From: an uncultured Alphaproteobacteria bacterium
GTDB taxonomy: Bacteria; Pseudomonadota; Alphaproteobacteria; RF32; CAG-239
Assembly: GCA_934273635.1 (NCBI GenBank)
Contig: CAKQSV010000001.1
Location: 85,393 to 149,392, forward strand
Direction: 5' to 3'
DNA: 64,000 nucleotides
The number at the start of each line of letters is the position of its first letter. Within the stretch, counting starts at the first letter, position 1. The position numbers and the translations under genes were made by a program. A model generated the notes under the pieces. It was not told the DNA's origin, did not search any database, and saw nothing but the letters and a program-made list of their open reading frames with translations. Below are positions 46,400 to 58,828 of this stretch, one piece after another.

Positions 46400-47934
46400 A
46401 CCTCTGATATAACCTCGTTGTTTTGACGCAGGGCAATGCGGATTTCATCATTGTCATCGGCGGGCAGATAGTCGGCATAAACAGTCACGCCCTTGGTGAC
46501 AGGGTTATAAACGCTGCTGACGTTGGTAATTTGCCCCTTTTGCACCGAAACATCGGGGATAATGCCTTTATCGGCGTATTGGTTATCCAGCGCCTTGCCA
46601 ACAAAATCAATCACAAACTTACGTTCATCGGTTTTTTCCTGTACGCCGGAGACTCCGCCCATACCGGTGCGGGTGGCAACGATTTTGGCAAGGCTCTTGT
46701 CTTTGATAACCTCATTAAGCCATATCAGACGATAAGAAAACGCATATTGTTGACCGGCTTTAATTTTTTGCTCCGGTACCCAATAAGCCACAATGTTGTC
46801 GTGAATTTCTTGACGGGACGGAATTTCAACCAACTGCACAAAGCCCCTACCCCAGTCTTCAAGCGGCTCGACCCATGCGCTGGGGCGATCTTGGTAGTTG
46901 GCTTCAAAATCAAGATAATGTTCTATATTGCGGTCGCGTTGCAACAGACCGAACCCTTTTGGCGAGCTGTCAACAAACGAACTGACGCGCAAATATTTTG
47001 AATTATCAAGCGGACGCCACAACCACTCGTCATTGCCGTTGTGAATCAGCAAACCATCGCTGTCGTGAACCTCCGGTCGATAGTCGTCAAACTGATTTTT
47101 GTTGTTTTCGCCAAACAAAAACATTGAGGTCAGCGGCGCAACGCCGAGTTTTTTAATGTCGTTACGCGGGAACAAAACCGACTTGATGTCCATAACGGTA
47201 TTAGTGCCAGGGGTAATTTTAAAGGCATAAGCTCCGCTCACGCTTTTGCTGTCCAGCAAGGCATAAAGTTTGATAAAACGGTCGCCGGTTTGCGGTTTTT
47301 CAATCCAAAATTCTTTAAAAACCGGAAACTCCTCGCCGCTCAGCTCCGCGGTATCAACCGCCAGACCGCGCGCCGACAAACCATATTTTTGATTTTTGGC
47401 CAGACCGCGAAAATAACTAGCTCCCAAAAAAGCCACCAACTCATCAAAGTAGCTTTCTGTATTGAGTTGACTATGAAGGCGGAAACCGGCATAGCCCAAG
47501 TGTTTGAACTTGTCGGTGTGCAGTTGGTTGCGACCATAGTCGAAAAAGTCGGCAGAGTATTTTATAGGCGTGGAAACACCGTTCACAACCTCGTTTATCG
47601 GCACCGAGATATTAAAAATATTACCTAAGTGGAAGAACTGCAATTCATAAGGGAGCTTTTGATTGTACCACGGACCGTGCTCGCGCACAAAGCGGATGTC
47701 GCGGTGTTCGTCATACGATAGATTTTTAAGTTCGTCGGGCAAAATATTTTCAGGCGCGGCATAAGGTTTGGCACCCAAAGCCTGCGCTTTTTGAATCACG
47801 CTGTTAAAGCTAAAGTCTTTTTCTATTTTGGTTTTCGGCTCGGAAAAATACGGATTTACAAAATTGTTATAAGCCAAATAGCCGCCAACCGCGACCAAAG
47901 CAACCGTCAAGCTCCAAAATATTTTTTTATTCAT
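46375..47934 (-). CDS. opgG: glucans biosynthesis protein G (periplasmic)
   Basis: Signal peptide plus an MdoG-like sequence, ~520 aa. Confidence 0.8.
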   Translation of the reverse strand: MNKKIFWSLTVALVAVGGYLAYNNFVNPYFSEPKTKIEKDFSFNSVIQKAQALGAKPYAAPENILPDELKNLSYDEHRDIRFVREHGPWYNQKLPYELQFFHLGNIFNISVPINEVVNGVSTPIKYSADFFDYGRNQLHTDKFKHLGYAGFRLHSQLNTESYFDELVAFLGASYFRGLAKNQKYGLSARGLAVDTAELSGEEFPVFKEFWIEKPQTGDRFIKLYALLDSKSVSGAYAFKITPGTNTVMDIKSVLFPRNDIKKLGVAPLTSMFLFGENNKNQFDDYRPEVHDSDGLLIHNGNDEWLWRPLDNSKYLRVSSFVDSSPKGFGLLQRDRNIEHYLDFEANYQDRPSAWVEPLEDWGRGFVQLVEIPSRQEIHDNIVAYWVPEQKIKAGQQYAFSYRLIWLNEVIKDKSLAKIVATRTGMGGVSGVQEKTDERKFVIDFVGKALDNQYADKGIIPDVSVQKGQITNVSSVYNPVTKGVTVYADYLPADDNDEIRIALRQNNEVISEVWSYQWLR

Positions 47935-48012
47935 AAGTCCCTCTCATTTTATGTCAGGTCGATATTGTTTTGTATCTATTCCGCTGTAAAGTCAAGATAT
48001 AAAAAATTATCT

Positions 48013-48696
48013 TTATTTACAACCCGCTACAATCGCTTTAATCAGCGCGCTGTTGCCTTGATAAATCTCTTTAATTGACTTGGCCAACATATAGCACGGC
48101 GTGGTGGCGATGTGATGTTTTTCATCAACGCAAGCCTCGGTCGCCGTGCGGTTTTCATGCACAGCGCCAAAAGATTCGATCTCTGCCGCAACTTTAGAAT
48201 CGTTGCCGATGGTCACATGTATGCCGTGACGTCCCAAAACCTTGGCAACCACAACCGGCGCAATACACATCGCGCCAATCCATTTTTGTTTGGCGTAGGC
48301 TTGCCTCAAGACTTGCGAAATTTCAGAATCGACCTCAAAATCAGCGCCTTGGGAAGCGTAATTGCTCCAATTATTGATAGCGCCCTGTCCGCCGACAAAA
48401 ACCACCGCGTCAAACTTATCCAAATCAAGCTCAGACAGAGGTAAAATGTTTCCCCTCGCAATACGGGCGCTCTCTGACAACACGCGCCGATTACCGCTCT
48501 CGCCTTTGACCGCGACAACCTGTTTGCGATAGGCGTCAATGGTGCGACCTTGTTCGATGTCAGGCGCAAAGCACTGATATTGACCACCCTGTTCATCAAT
48601 CGCCAACAAACCTAGTGTCGCTTCGTGAATTTCCGAACCGTCAAAGTTGCCGCAACCCGATAAAACGACCGCAAATTTTGGTGAGTTTTCGCTCAT
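48013..48696 (-). CDS. elbB: ElbB (DJ-1/PfpI superfamily) glyoxalase-like protein
   Basis: FAVVLSGCGNFDGSEIHEATL...IGAMCIAP is colinear with E. coli ElbB. Confidence 0.75.
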   Translation of the reverse strand: MSENSPKFAVVLSGCGNFDGSEIHEATLGLLAIDEQGGQYQCFAPDIEQGRTIDAYRKQVVAVKGESGNRRVLSESARIARGNILPLSELDLDKFDAVVFVGGQGAINNWSNYASQGADFEVDSEISQVLRQAYAKQKWIGAMCIAPVVVAKVLGRHGIHVTIGNDSKVAAEIESFGAVHENRTATEACVDEKHHIATTPCYMLAKSIKEIYQGNSALIKAIVAGCK

Positions 48697-48843
48697 GGTA
48701 TTCTCCTTTTCTCTCTTGCACTTGGGACTAATTTAGCGATTAATGATTAATATCGGTTTAAGATTTTTCAATGTTATGCAGGCGCAAAAAAAACGCCCGC
48801 GGTTTGCGCTCAAACTCACGGACGTTAGCGATTTTGCTTTTTT

Positions 48844-51303
<2,460 letters not shown>

Positions 51304-51477
51304 TTAGCTTATTTTACTTTGAGGGAATAGTATATCATTTTAGCAAAATCACCAAGTAATAAATGCAATAAATGCCCTTTTTTGTGGACAATTCGCCTTA
51401 AAAATCAGCCTTATTATTCTATGGACAGAATATTTATTTTATGGTATATTTGTCTAAGTTTTAAGGTTGAGGTTGAG

Positions 51478-52764
51478 ATGAAAAAAATTGTTATCGCCAG
51501 TCAGGACGGCACGCCGCCGCAGTGCAAAAAATGGGCAAAAGACGCCGTGGTTGAGTTTTTGGCGGTGTTTCCCGAATATAAAAACTCTTTTAGTATTGAA
51601 TTTAGAGACGACGCGCACGCCACGCACAAAAAAATATCGCAGGCGGAATATGACAACCTCCCCGACGACACATACAAATTGCAGTTTGTGAAAGACGATG
51701 ACGGCAACTGGCTAGTGCCTTATGAATCAATGGCGTGGTATTTGGCTCAGGCTAAAAAGCCCAACCAACGCCTTGGCAGTGACACCGTTGACCTGTCAAT
51801 TCTTAATGGTTTGAACTGCGCTTATATCAACAACAAAGCTCCTGATGAGATTATTTGCAACCTTATCGGCGACCGGTTCTCAAGTAGTTGTTACGGCTAT
51901 GGCGCAGAAGGCAAAATGATGGCGATTTCAACCTCTAACCCCGCTTGTCAGGATGAAGAATTTTTTAAGACCATTATGATGCACGAACTGGGGCATATTT
52001 TCAGAGCCACACACCGTGGCCGTGAACACACTGTTTATGACAATACTGCCGGCAACCACTGCACCAACAGCGACTGCATTATGGGCGACAGAGATTATGA
52101 CCGCCTTTCTCATGAGCGTTTGGCACGCAAAGCCCGTGGCAATCCGCCGTTTTGCAACGAGTGTATTGCCTCGATGCGCGAATATATGGAAAATATGCCG
52201 GAACTGACCAAAGAAATGGATGTTCAACAAATTTCTCAACCCAACCGTCCGGAATTTGTATCTCAATTACCGGAATTGCCACATAATGACGACAGTTGGA
52301 AAGACGGGTTTAGAGCTTTTTATCGCGACGTGTCAACTCGAGAAGGCAGTGTTTATAAAGAGACGGAAGATAAAGTCAACTATCTGGCTAAACTAGAGCG
52401 TCAAGACGGCTCTGTGCTTGAGATTGAGGCCAACAACGAATATAATGTGGCGTTGGGCGCTAAAAACAAAGACGGGCAAGATGAGATTCCGTCTTTGGAA
52501 GATATGTGCGATTTGGTTAAATTGGCGCAATCTAAGAACAGCGGTATGAATTTTGCCGAAGATAACGAGCCGGAGTTTGACGGACGGTTGCTGATTGCGT
52601 GTCTTGAGGCTAAACCACAGCCTTTGGATATGAAAAACAAGCCGGAGCTGACGCCCGAGTTTTTGAGCCAATTAACTCCCGCAACCAAAAACAAGTTACA
52701 AACTCTGACGCAAAGCGGTAATAGTTTTGCAATGATTGCGCGGCACCGAGACGGCGGACGTTAG
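51478..52764 (+). CDS. archaemetzincin-like zinc metallopeptidase with a ~170-aa C-terminal extension
   Basis: HELGHIFRATH...HCTNSDCIM...23 aa...CNEC follows the archaemetzincin pattern HExxHxxGxxH-Cx4CxM-X17-CxxC, with an insertion in the GxxH segment. No signal peptide. GAGG sits 5 nt upstream of the ATG at 51478; the ORF-track start at 51382 is a TTG. Confidence 0.5.
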   Translation: MKKIVIASQDGTPPQCKKWAKDAVVEFLAVFPEYKNSFSIEFRDDAHATHKKISQAEYDNLPDDTYKLQFVKDDDGNWLVPYESMAWYLAQAKKPNQRLGSDTVDLSILNGLNCAYINNKAPDEIICNLIGDRFSSSCYGYGAEGKMMAISTSNPACQDEEFFKTIMMHELGHIFRATHRGREHTVYDNTAGNHCTNSDCIMGDRDYDRLSHERLARKARGNPPFCNECIASMREYMENMPELTKEMDVQQISQPNRPEFVSQLPELPHNDDSWKDGFRAFYRDVSTREGSVYKETEDKVNYLAKLERQDGSVLEIEANNEYNVALGAKNKDGQDEIPSLEDMCDLVKLAQSKNSGMNFAEDNEPEFDGRLLIACLEAKPQPLDMKNKPELTPEFLSQLTPATKNKLQTLTQSGNSFAMIARHRDGGR

Positions 52765-53513
52765 TCGACCATGTCAATCAGTCTTTCGAGGTTTTCACGC
52801 TCGTGATTATTATAACCGCTAAAGTCTTCGTGGACGGCGGGTTTGTCTTTTGCATCCTTTGATTTGGTGGCTTTTTCTTCAGACTTTTTGCTCTCGATTT
52901 TGGGTTGCGCTAAGCGATTAAACAGCTCATCGGCGTCACTGGAATTTGACTGCTTTTCAGCTTTGCTTTGCTCGGCTTTTTGCTCTTTTTCGGCAATATA
53001 AGCATCAGTCTTAGACTTGATGACATCTAAGGTTTCTTGCGGAATCAGGCTTTCTATCGGTTTGGCAAAACTGCCCGCGATTTGAAAATATTTGGACTTT
53101 TGCATAAACTCGGGCTGGCTCTTCTCGGGCATGCACCAACTGATGAGAATATAAATCAAAACAATCAGCAAAAAAGCACGCATAATGCCAAAAAACAGTC
53201 CTAAAATTCGGTCTAAGCCGCTCAGCTTGCTGTTGCGGATTTTGCTGACAACGTTGTCGGTGACAATAATCCAGATAACCATAAACAAAATGAGGATAAA
53301 CACCGCGCTGACAATGCCTGAAATTAAGCCACTGTTGATATACTGACGGGTTATTTTGGTGAAAACCGGCAACAACCAGACCACGGCAAAACCACTCAAG
53401 ACCCAACCGATTATGCTCAGAACCTCTTTAATCAAACCACGGCTTAAGGCTATTAAACCTGAAATACCAACCATAATGAGGATAACAATATCCAAATTGT
53501 TCAATTCAGTCAT
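52761..53513 (-). CDS. cvpA: CvpA-family membrane protein with a Lys/Glu-rich C-terminal extension
   Basis: CvpA TM core. Confidence 0.7.
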   Translation of the reverse strand: MTELNNLDIVILIMVGISGLIALSRGLIKEVLSIIGWVLSGFAVVWLLPVFTKITRQYINSGLISGIVSAVFILILFMVIWIIVTDNVVSKIRNSKLSGLDRILGLFFGIMRAFLLIVLIYILISWCMPEKSQPEFMQKSKYFQIAGSFAKPIESLIPQETLDVIKSKTDAYIAEKEQKAEQSKAEKQSNSSDADELFNRLAQPKIESKKSEEKATKSKDAKDKPAVHEDFSGYNNHERENLERLIDMVD

Positions 53514-53523
53514 ATTTTTGTTC

Positions 53524-54897
53524 CTAGTTAAACCAATTTATCAGGCGTTGAACATTGCCGATTTCATAAATATTCATATCGTAAGTGTTGTTCTTTTTCT
53601 CGTTGCCGTGAGTGGACGGAATAATAGCGTTGGCAAAGCCCAGTTTGTGCGCCTCTTTCAAGCGTGAGTTCGGCTGACTGACCGAGCGGATTTCACCGGA
53701 CAGACCTATCTCGCCAAAAATAACGGCGTCGGCCGGTAACGGTTTATTGGTCAATGATGAAATGACCGCCATAGCCACCGCCAAATCTGCCGCCGGCTCC
53801 GAGATTTTAAGCCCGCCGGCGATGTTCAAATAAACATCCTGCGAGCAAAGGTTGATACCGCAACGCGCCTCAAGCACTGCCAAAACCATTGCTAAGCGGT
53901 TGTTGTCCCACCCGACGACGGCGCGTTTGGGACTGGCGTATCCGGTCGGACTGACCAGTGCCTGAATCTCCACCAACACCGGACGAGAACCCTCAATCCC
54001 CGCAAACACGCACGAGCCGGAGACATTGCCCTGTCTTTCGGCCAAAAACAGCGCCGAGGGGTTTTCAACCTCCACAAGACCTTTATCCTGCATTTCAAAA
54101 ACGCCGATCTCATCCGTAGCGCCATAGCGGTTTTTGACCGCTCGCAAAATTCTAAAATGGTGACCGCGTTCGCCTTCAAAATAAAGCACAGTGTCAACCA
54201 TGTGCTCCAAAACTCGAGGACCGGCGATTGAGCCTTGTTTGGTCACATGCCCCACCAAAAACAGCACAAAACCTTTTTTCTTGGCTAATTTTATCAGCTC
54301 ATAAGCGCAGGCTCGCACCTGAGCCACGCTTCCAGGGGTGGATTCAACCTCTTCAAGATACATCGTTTGGATAGAATCGATAATCACCACCGCCGCATTT
54401 GATTTGTCGAGCGTAGCGATAATATCTTTAACATCGGTGGCGCTGGCCAAATTGACCGGAGACTGTTCCAATCCCAAACGGCGCGCTCTGATTCTAACCT
54501 GATCAATCGCCTCTTCTCCGGAGATATAATAACACTCATATCCCTCCGGTTTGTCGGCGATTTTGGCGCAGGTTTGCAACAATAACGTAGATTTTCCAAT
54601 CCCCGGATCGCCGCCGACCAAAATGACCGAACCCGAGACCAAGCCGCCGCCACTGACGCGGTCAAGCTCTTTGATGCCGGTTTCGAGCCTTTCGAGTTTT
54701 TCCAACGCGCCGCTGAGCGGGACAAAATCAAGCATTTTACCCTTGTGTTTGGGCGCAAAATTGGAAAAACCCTCGCCTCCGGATTTTTCCTCAACAATCG
54801 TATTCCACTCGCCGCAGGAATCACACTTGCCCTGCCATTTGGGATACATTGCGCCGCAACTTTGGCAAACAAACTCTGTCACACTCTTTTTAGGCAC
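53524..54897 (-). CDS. radA: DNA repair protein RadA/Sms
   Basis: CxxC zinc finger, RecA-like P-loop (GDPGIGKST), and a Lon-like C-terminal domain. Confidence 0.95.
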   Translation of the reverse strand: MPKKSVTEFVCQSCGAMYPKWQGKCDSCGEWNTIVEEKSGGEGFSNFAPKHKGKMLDFVPLSGALEKLERLETGIKELDRVSGGGLVSGSVILVGGDPGIGKSTLLLQTCAKIADKPEGYECYYISGEEAIDQVRIRARRLGLEQSPVNLASATDVKDIIATLDKSNAAVVIIDSIQTMYLEEVESTPGSVAQVRACAYELIKLAKKKGFVLFLVGHVTKQGSIAGPRVLEHMVDTVLYFEGERGHHFRILRAVKNRYGATDEIGVFEMQDKGLVEVENPSALFLAERQGNVSGSCVFAGIEGSRPVLVEIQALVSPTGYASPKRAVVGWDNNRLAMVLAVLEARCGINLCSQDVYLNIAGGLKISEPAADLAVAMAVISSLTNKPLPADAVIFGEIGLSGEIRSVSQPNSRLKEAHKLGFANAIIPSTHGNEKKNNTYDMNIYEIGNVQRLINWFN

Positions 54898-54898
54898 A

Positions 54899-55663
54899 TT
54901 ACACCTCTACTTTAATCGGACCTTGAGAACAACCGTTAATAAACTGGCGAACATAAGGGTTATCGGTTTTATCCATCTCTTTAACCGTGCCCTGCCAAAT
55001 AATTTTTCCCTTATACAGCATAGCTATTTTATCGGCAATTTTACGAGCAGACGCCATATCGTGGGTAATGGTCAACGCCGTCGCGCCCAAGCCTTTAACC
55101 GACTCAATAATCAAGTCATTAATCACGTCAGACATAATCGGGTCAAGGCCGGTGGTCGGCTCGTCAAAAAAGATAATCTCCGGACGGGTGGCAATCGCAC
55201 GAGCCAAGCCAACGCGTTTTTGCATACCGCCAGAAAGCTCAGAGGGCGACAAATCTGCCACATCAGGCGCTAAACCAACTTGACGCAACACGCGAACAGC
55301 CTCGGTTTTAGCCTCCTTTTTCGGCATTTTTTGATTTTCTATCAGCCCGAAAGCCACGTTCTCCCACACGCTCAAACTATCAAACAAAGCCGCCCCCTGA
55401 AACAGCATACCCATTTTGGCATAGCTCTTCTCAGCCTCTTTGCGCGGCAGCTGCGTCACATCCTGTCCATCAATTTCAATCGAGCCCTCATCGGGGGTTA
55501 AAATGCCTTGAATACATTTAATCAAAACGGACTTTCCGGTGCCTGAACCACCAATAACCACCAATGATTCACCTTTTTTGATGTCAACATCAACACCGTC
55601 AAGCACCACTTTTTTACCAAACGCTTTGCGGAGGTTGCGAATTTGTATTTTATTTTCACTCAT
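54899..55663 (-). CDS. mlaF: ABC transporter ATP-binding protein MlaF-like
   Basis: Walker A (GGSGTGKS), signature LSGGMQKR, and a downstream mlaE. Confidence 0.8.
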   Translation of the reverse strand: MSENKIQIRNLRKAFGKKVVLDGVDVDIKKGESLVVIGGSGTGKSVLIKCIQGILTPDEGSIEIDGQDVTQLPRKEAEKSYAKMGMLFQGAALFDSLSVWENVAFGLIENQKMPKKEAKTEAVRVLRQVGLAPDVADLSPSELSGGMQKRVGLARAIATRPEIIFFDEPTTGLDPIMSDVINDLIIESVKGLGATALTITHDMASARKIADKIAMLYKGKIIWQGTVKEMDKTDNPYVRQFINGCSQGPIKVEV

Positions 55664-55675
55664 AATTATTGCTCC

Positions 55676-56464
55676 TTATTTGGTAAACAGCATACCGGTA
55701 ATGATGTAGTTGAAGATGAGGATTAAGATGGAAGAAGAAACAACCGCGTTGGTTGTGGCCTCGCCCACACCCTGCGCACCGCCTCTTGACTTGTAGCCGT
55801 TATAACAACCCATTAACGAGATGATAAAACCAAAAACCGCACCCTTAATCAAACCGGTAATAATGTCAATGCTTTGCAACTCGTTAATGGTTGAATTGAT
55901 ATAGTTGGCGGGGTTGAAGTCCAGCTGATAAATACTGACAACATAGCCACCAAAAATACCGATAATATCACCGACAATCACCAACATCGGCAAAACCAAA
56001 ACACCCGACAAAATACGCGGGGTTACCAAATACTTAAACGGATTGGTCGACAAAGTGGTTAGCGCGTCAATTTGTTCGGTCACGCGCATGGTACCGATTT
56101 CGGCAGCCATCGCCGCACCGATACGCCCCGCAACCATAAGACCGCAAAACACCGGCGCCAGTTCACGCGTAACGGAAATTAAAACCACCGAGGCAACCGC
56201 GCTTTCTGCGCCATAGCTTGAAAAACCCGAGTAGGTTTGCAAGGCAATAACCATACCGGCAAAAATGGTCGTCAACGCCACAACCGGCAAAGAATAAAAG
56301 CCAATATCAAGAAACTGACGCCCCAAAAGTTTGAAGTAAAACGGCGGGGTCACACAGTTGTATAACGCACGGGCAATAAACAGCGACAGCTCGCCCAAAC
56401 GGCAGATAAACGTGACCAAAGTTTTGCCTAAGCGGCGCAAAAATCTTTCAAAAAAATCTATCAT
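55676..56464 (-). CDS. mlaE: ABC transporter permease MlaE-like
   Basis: MlaE/YrbE topology, 262 aa. Confidence 0.8.
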   Translation of the reverse strand: MIDFFERFLRRLGKTLVTFICRLGELSLFIARALYNCVTPPFYFKLLGRQFLDIGFYSLPVVALTTIFAGMVIALQTYSGFSSYGAESAVASVVLISVTRELAPVFCGLMVAGRIGAAMAAEIGTMRVTEQIDALTTLSTNPFKYLVTPRILSGVLVLPMLVIVGDIIGIFGGYVVSIYQLDFNPANYINSTINELQSIDIITGLIKGAVFGFIISLMGCYNGYKSRGGAQGVGEATTNAVVSSSILILIFNYIITGMLFTK

Positions 56465-56533
56465 TATATTTGCTTTCGGTAGGTGGATACGAATAAAACA
56501 GTTGGTTGTATATTAATGTAATTCTAAAAAAAA

Positions 56534-56962
56534 TCAACTGACTTGTAAATTTTCATCACAAGCCAATTTTATTTTAAAAACAGCGGACGGCTCAAAGGGA
56601 TAAAGCCGAATTTTTTTGATTTTGAGATTGTCATACTCCCAAAATTCAGGCAAGGGCAGACGCTCAACCGCCTGCGGCGAAGACACCAGTTCAACCACCA
56701 AACCAACCTCTGCTTCCGCTTGGCTCGGAAGTTTGATAATTCCCAAACCACGAACCTCCAACATATTTTGCAAATTGGCAGGGCAGGCGGCAATCAGGCG
56801 ATTTTGTCGGACAGATAAGTCCGTGCGGTCGTCAGCCACCAAAGCCGCGCCCAATTGTTCTATCAAACGCAGCGCCAAATCCGACTTGCCGCCACCGGAT
56901 GCGCCAAGAAGTAAAATTCCTTTATTATTCAAAGCGATACAGGTGGCGTGAATATTATTCAT
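56534..56962 (-). CDS. hprK: HPr kinase/phosphorylase, short alphaproteobacterial form
   Basis: GASGGGKSDLALRLIEQLGAALVADDRTDL matches the HprK catalytic-domain signature. At 142 aa it lacks the N-terminal domain. Confidence 0.7.
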   Translation of the reverse strand: MNNIHATCIALNNKGILLLGASGGGKSDLALRLIEQLGAALVADDRTDLSVRQNRLIAACPANLQNMLEVRGLGIIKLPSQAEAEVGLVVELVSSPQAVERLPLPEFWEYDNLKIKKIRLYPFEPSAVFKIKLACDENLQVS

Positions 56963-56968
56963 CGGCTT

Positions 56969-57433
56969 TTATCCTTTGAGCGAAGCAAAACGTTGATAAG
57001 CTTGTTCTGAGGCAAAAGTAAAAATGATTTTGCGTCCGTTTTCGGTCGGCTCAATATTGATTTTAACCGCAGAGCGGGGCAGGTAGCCCCCCATTTTGTC
57101 AGGCCACTCAATCAGGCAAACACCCTCATACATCGCCTCTTCCATCCCCAGTTCAAAAATCTCTTCCGGAGACTTGAGGCGGTAAAGGTCGTAGTGATAA
57201 ACCTCAAAGTTCGGCGCGTCATACATCTGCACCAACGTAAAAGTCGGGCTCGGCACCTCGGTTTTGCCACACAGGCTTTGAATAAAACCACGCGCAAAAA
57301 CGCTTTTGCCCATCCCCAGCGTGCCGATGAGGGCGAAAACATCTCCGGCACGGCAGAGTTTGGACAACTCGACCGCCAGATGTTCGGTTTCTGCCTCGGT
57401 GGCGCAGATGAAAGTTTGCTCAAAATTACTCAT
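56969..57433 (-). CDS. tsaE: tRNA threonylcarbamoyladenosine biosynthesis protein TsaE
   Basis: LIGTLGMGKSVFARG P-loop. Size and YjeE motifs. Confidence 0.8.
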   Translation of the reverse strand: MSNFEQTFICATEAETEHLAVELSKLCRAGDVFALIGTLGMGKSVFARGFIQSLCGKTEVPSPTFTLVQMYDAPNFEVYHYDLYRLKSPEEIFELGMEEAMYEGVCLIEWPDKMGGYLPRSAVKINIEPTENGRKIIFTFASEQAYQRFASLKG

Positions 57434-58425
57434 TACTTAAAAAAACTTCTACGGTTGGGATCTTTGGGTTTGATAACCTTATACTGCGGTTTGCGTTTTT
57501 GCAAAGCCTGCCAGTCCCATGGTTTGTAAAACTTGCCTTGCCACAAGCCGTTGCGCTGACTTTGCGCGTTTTCTTCATAAGGAACATAAATTGAGGCCTC
57601 TCGCGTGTCGGCCACAGCCCAACCGGCATTAACCAACGCGGCGCCGATGTCGTATTGTCCCAAAAAACAAACCGCGACCATACTGCCGTCTTCTGCCTCA
57701 GACATAACGCGACAGGTTATCGGATTGGTCGTGAGCCAACTGCTGAGCCACAAAGCCGCCTGCTGACCGCAATTATAAGACGCTCCATTGCGATTGGCAC
57801 AGGTTTGGTCTAAGGACGGCGCGGCAATGCCATAAAGTTTAACATTATAGCCTTGCGCGTTCAAAGTATCGGCCGTTACAATAGACACCGCACTGGTAAA
57901 ACTTGGCAACGCATTGATATCAAACTGTTTTTGCTGATGATTTCCGGTCAGGCTGTTAATTAATCCGCTCAGACCTTCAGAATTTTTTTGTTGTGGAGCA
58001 GGAGCTTGCTCCTCGGCTGTTGCTGTTTGATGATTGGCGTTTGACGGCTCTGAGAAATTTTCACCCAATTTAAGCGTTGGCGAATCGTTGTTTTGGGCGC
58101 TGTCGGACAACTGCGGGGCAACCATGGTGCTGCGACCACCGATAAAAGTTTGGAGGTTTTCAATCACACCGCCCAAGCCGTTATTAAAACCGCCGATAGC
58201 ATAAATCACAAAGCAGACAATGCTCATGATGACAATAAAAGAGGGAAGGCACCCCATGGCGCGCCATGCCATTTTTGTAAAGATATACAGCGCCACAAGC
58301 CCGATTATTAATCCGACAAAGCCGCCGCCCTGCAAAAACATATTGGAGCTTTGCGTGCCGCTACCGCCAAGCAGAATAAAACCAAGCGCGAAACTGCCCA
58401 GAAATAACTTTTTGAAAAATCCCAT
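57433..58425 (-). CDS. membrane-anchored thermonuclease (SNase-like) family protein
   Basis: N-terminal TM segments, then VTADTLNAQGYNVKLYGIAAP...DGSMVAVCFLGQYDIGAALVNAGWAVA SNase-like domain. Confidence 0.65.
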   Translation of the reverse strand: MGFFKKLFLGSFALGFILLGGSGTQSSNMFLQGGGFVGLIIGLVALYIFTKMAWRAMGCLPSFIVIMSIVCFVIYAIGGFNNGLGGVIENLQTFIGGRSTMVAPQLSDSAQNNDSPTLKLGENFSEPSNANHQTATAEEQAPAPQQKNSEGLSGLINSLTGNHQQKQFDINALPSFTSAVSIVTADTLNAQGYNVKLYGIAAPSLDQTCANRNGASYNCGQQAALWLSSWLTTNPITCRVMSEAEDGSMVAVCFLGQYDIGAALVNAGWAVADTREASIYVPYEENAQSQRNGLWQGKFYKPWDWQALQKRKPQYKVIKPKDPNRRSFFK

Positions 58426-58507
58426 TATCTCACCTCTTTTTATTATTGGTCGTGCCGCTTTTAATATAGCCTAATTATACGCATATACAAACAAATTAAG
58501 CAACAAA

Positions 58508-58545
58508 AAAACCGCCTGAGGTTATACTAGGCGGTTTTTATGAAT
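58508..58545 (-). terminator. rho-independent terminator
   Basis: Stem accgcct / aggcggt. T-run on the minus strand. Confidence 0.6.
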
Positions 58546-58557
58546 AAAAAGTGAAGA

Positions 58558-58815
58558 TTATTGCGCTTTTTTGACTTCTTGCTCAGAGGTCTTTGAATAG
58601 CAGTTGCAATGGCAAATGCCTTTGCTTTCAATATCACTGCGGCAAAGCTCTGAAATGCAATAACGAGCCGAGTTGTTGCCGTCGCACGGACATCTCTGCC
58701 ACTCGCTGTCGCCAAACATCATGGTTTTGGCACGCGCGATTTTCTCGATATTAGCGGTCGGTGTATAACCTGCTTGCGCACATTTTTCTTTCATTTTTTC
58801 TAAGATGGTTGTCAT
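58558..58815 (-). CDS. small Cys-rich protein, ferredoxin-thioredoxin-reductase catalytic-subunit-like (CPC...CHC)
   Basis: WQRCPCDGNNSARYCISELCRSDIESKGICHCNCYS resembles the CPC-X-C-X-CHC cluster of FTR catalytic subunits. Confidence 0.4.
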   Translation of the reverse strand: MTTILEKMKEKCAQAGYTPTANIEKIARAKTMMFGDSEWQRCPCDGNNSARYCISELCRSDIESKGICHCNCYSKTSEQEVKKAQ

Positions 58816-58828
58816 CGTTTTTGTCCTT

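Noticed and set aside
48697-48843. Terminator downstream of gyrB
   Set aside because: A GC-rich palindrome (cgcccgcgg) and an A/T run are present, but no clean stem-plus-T-tract could be drawn on the gyrB strand, so it is not called.
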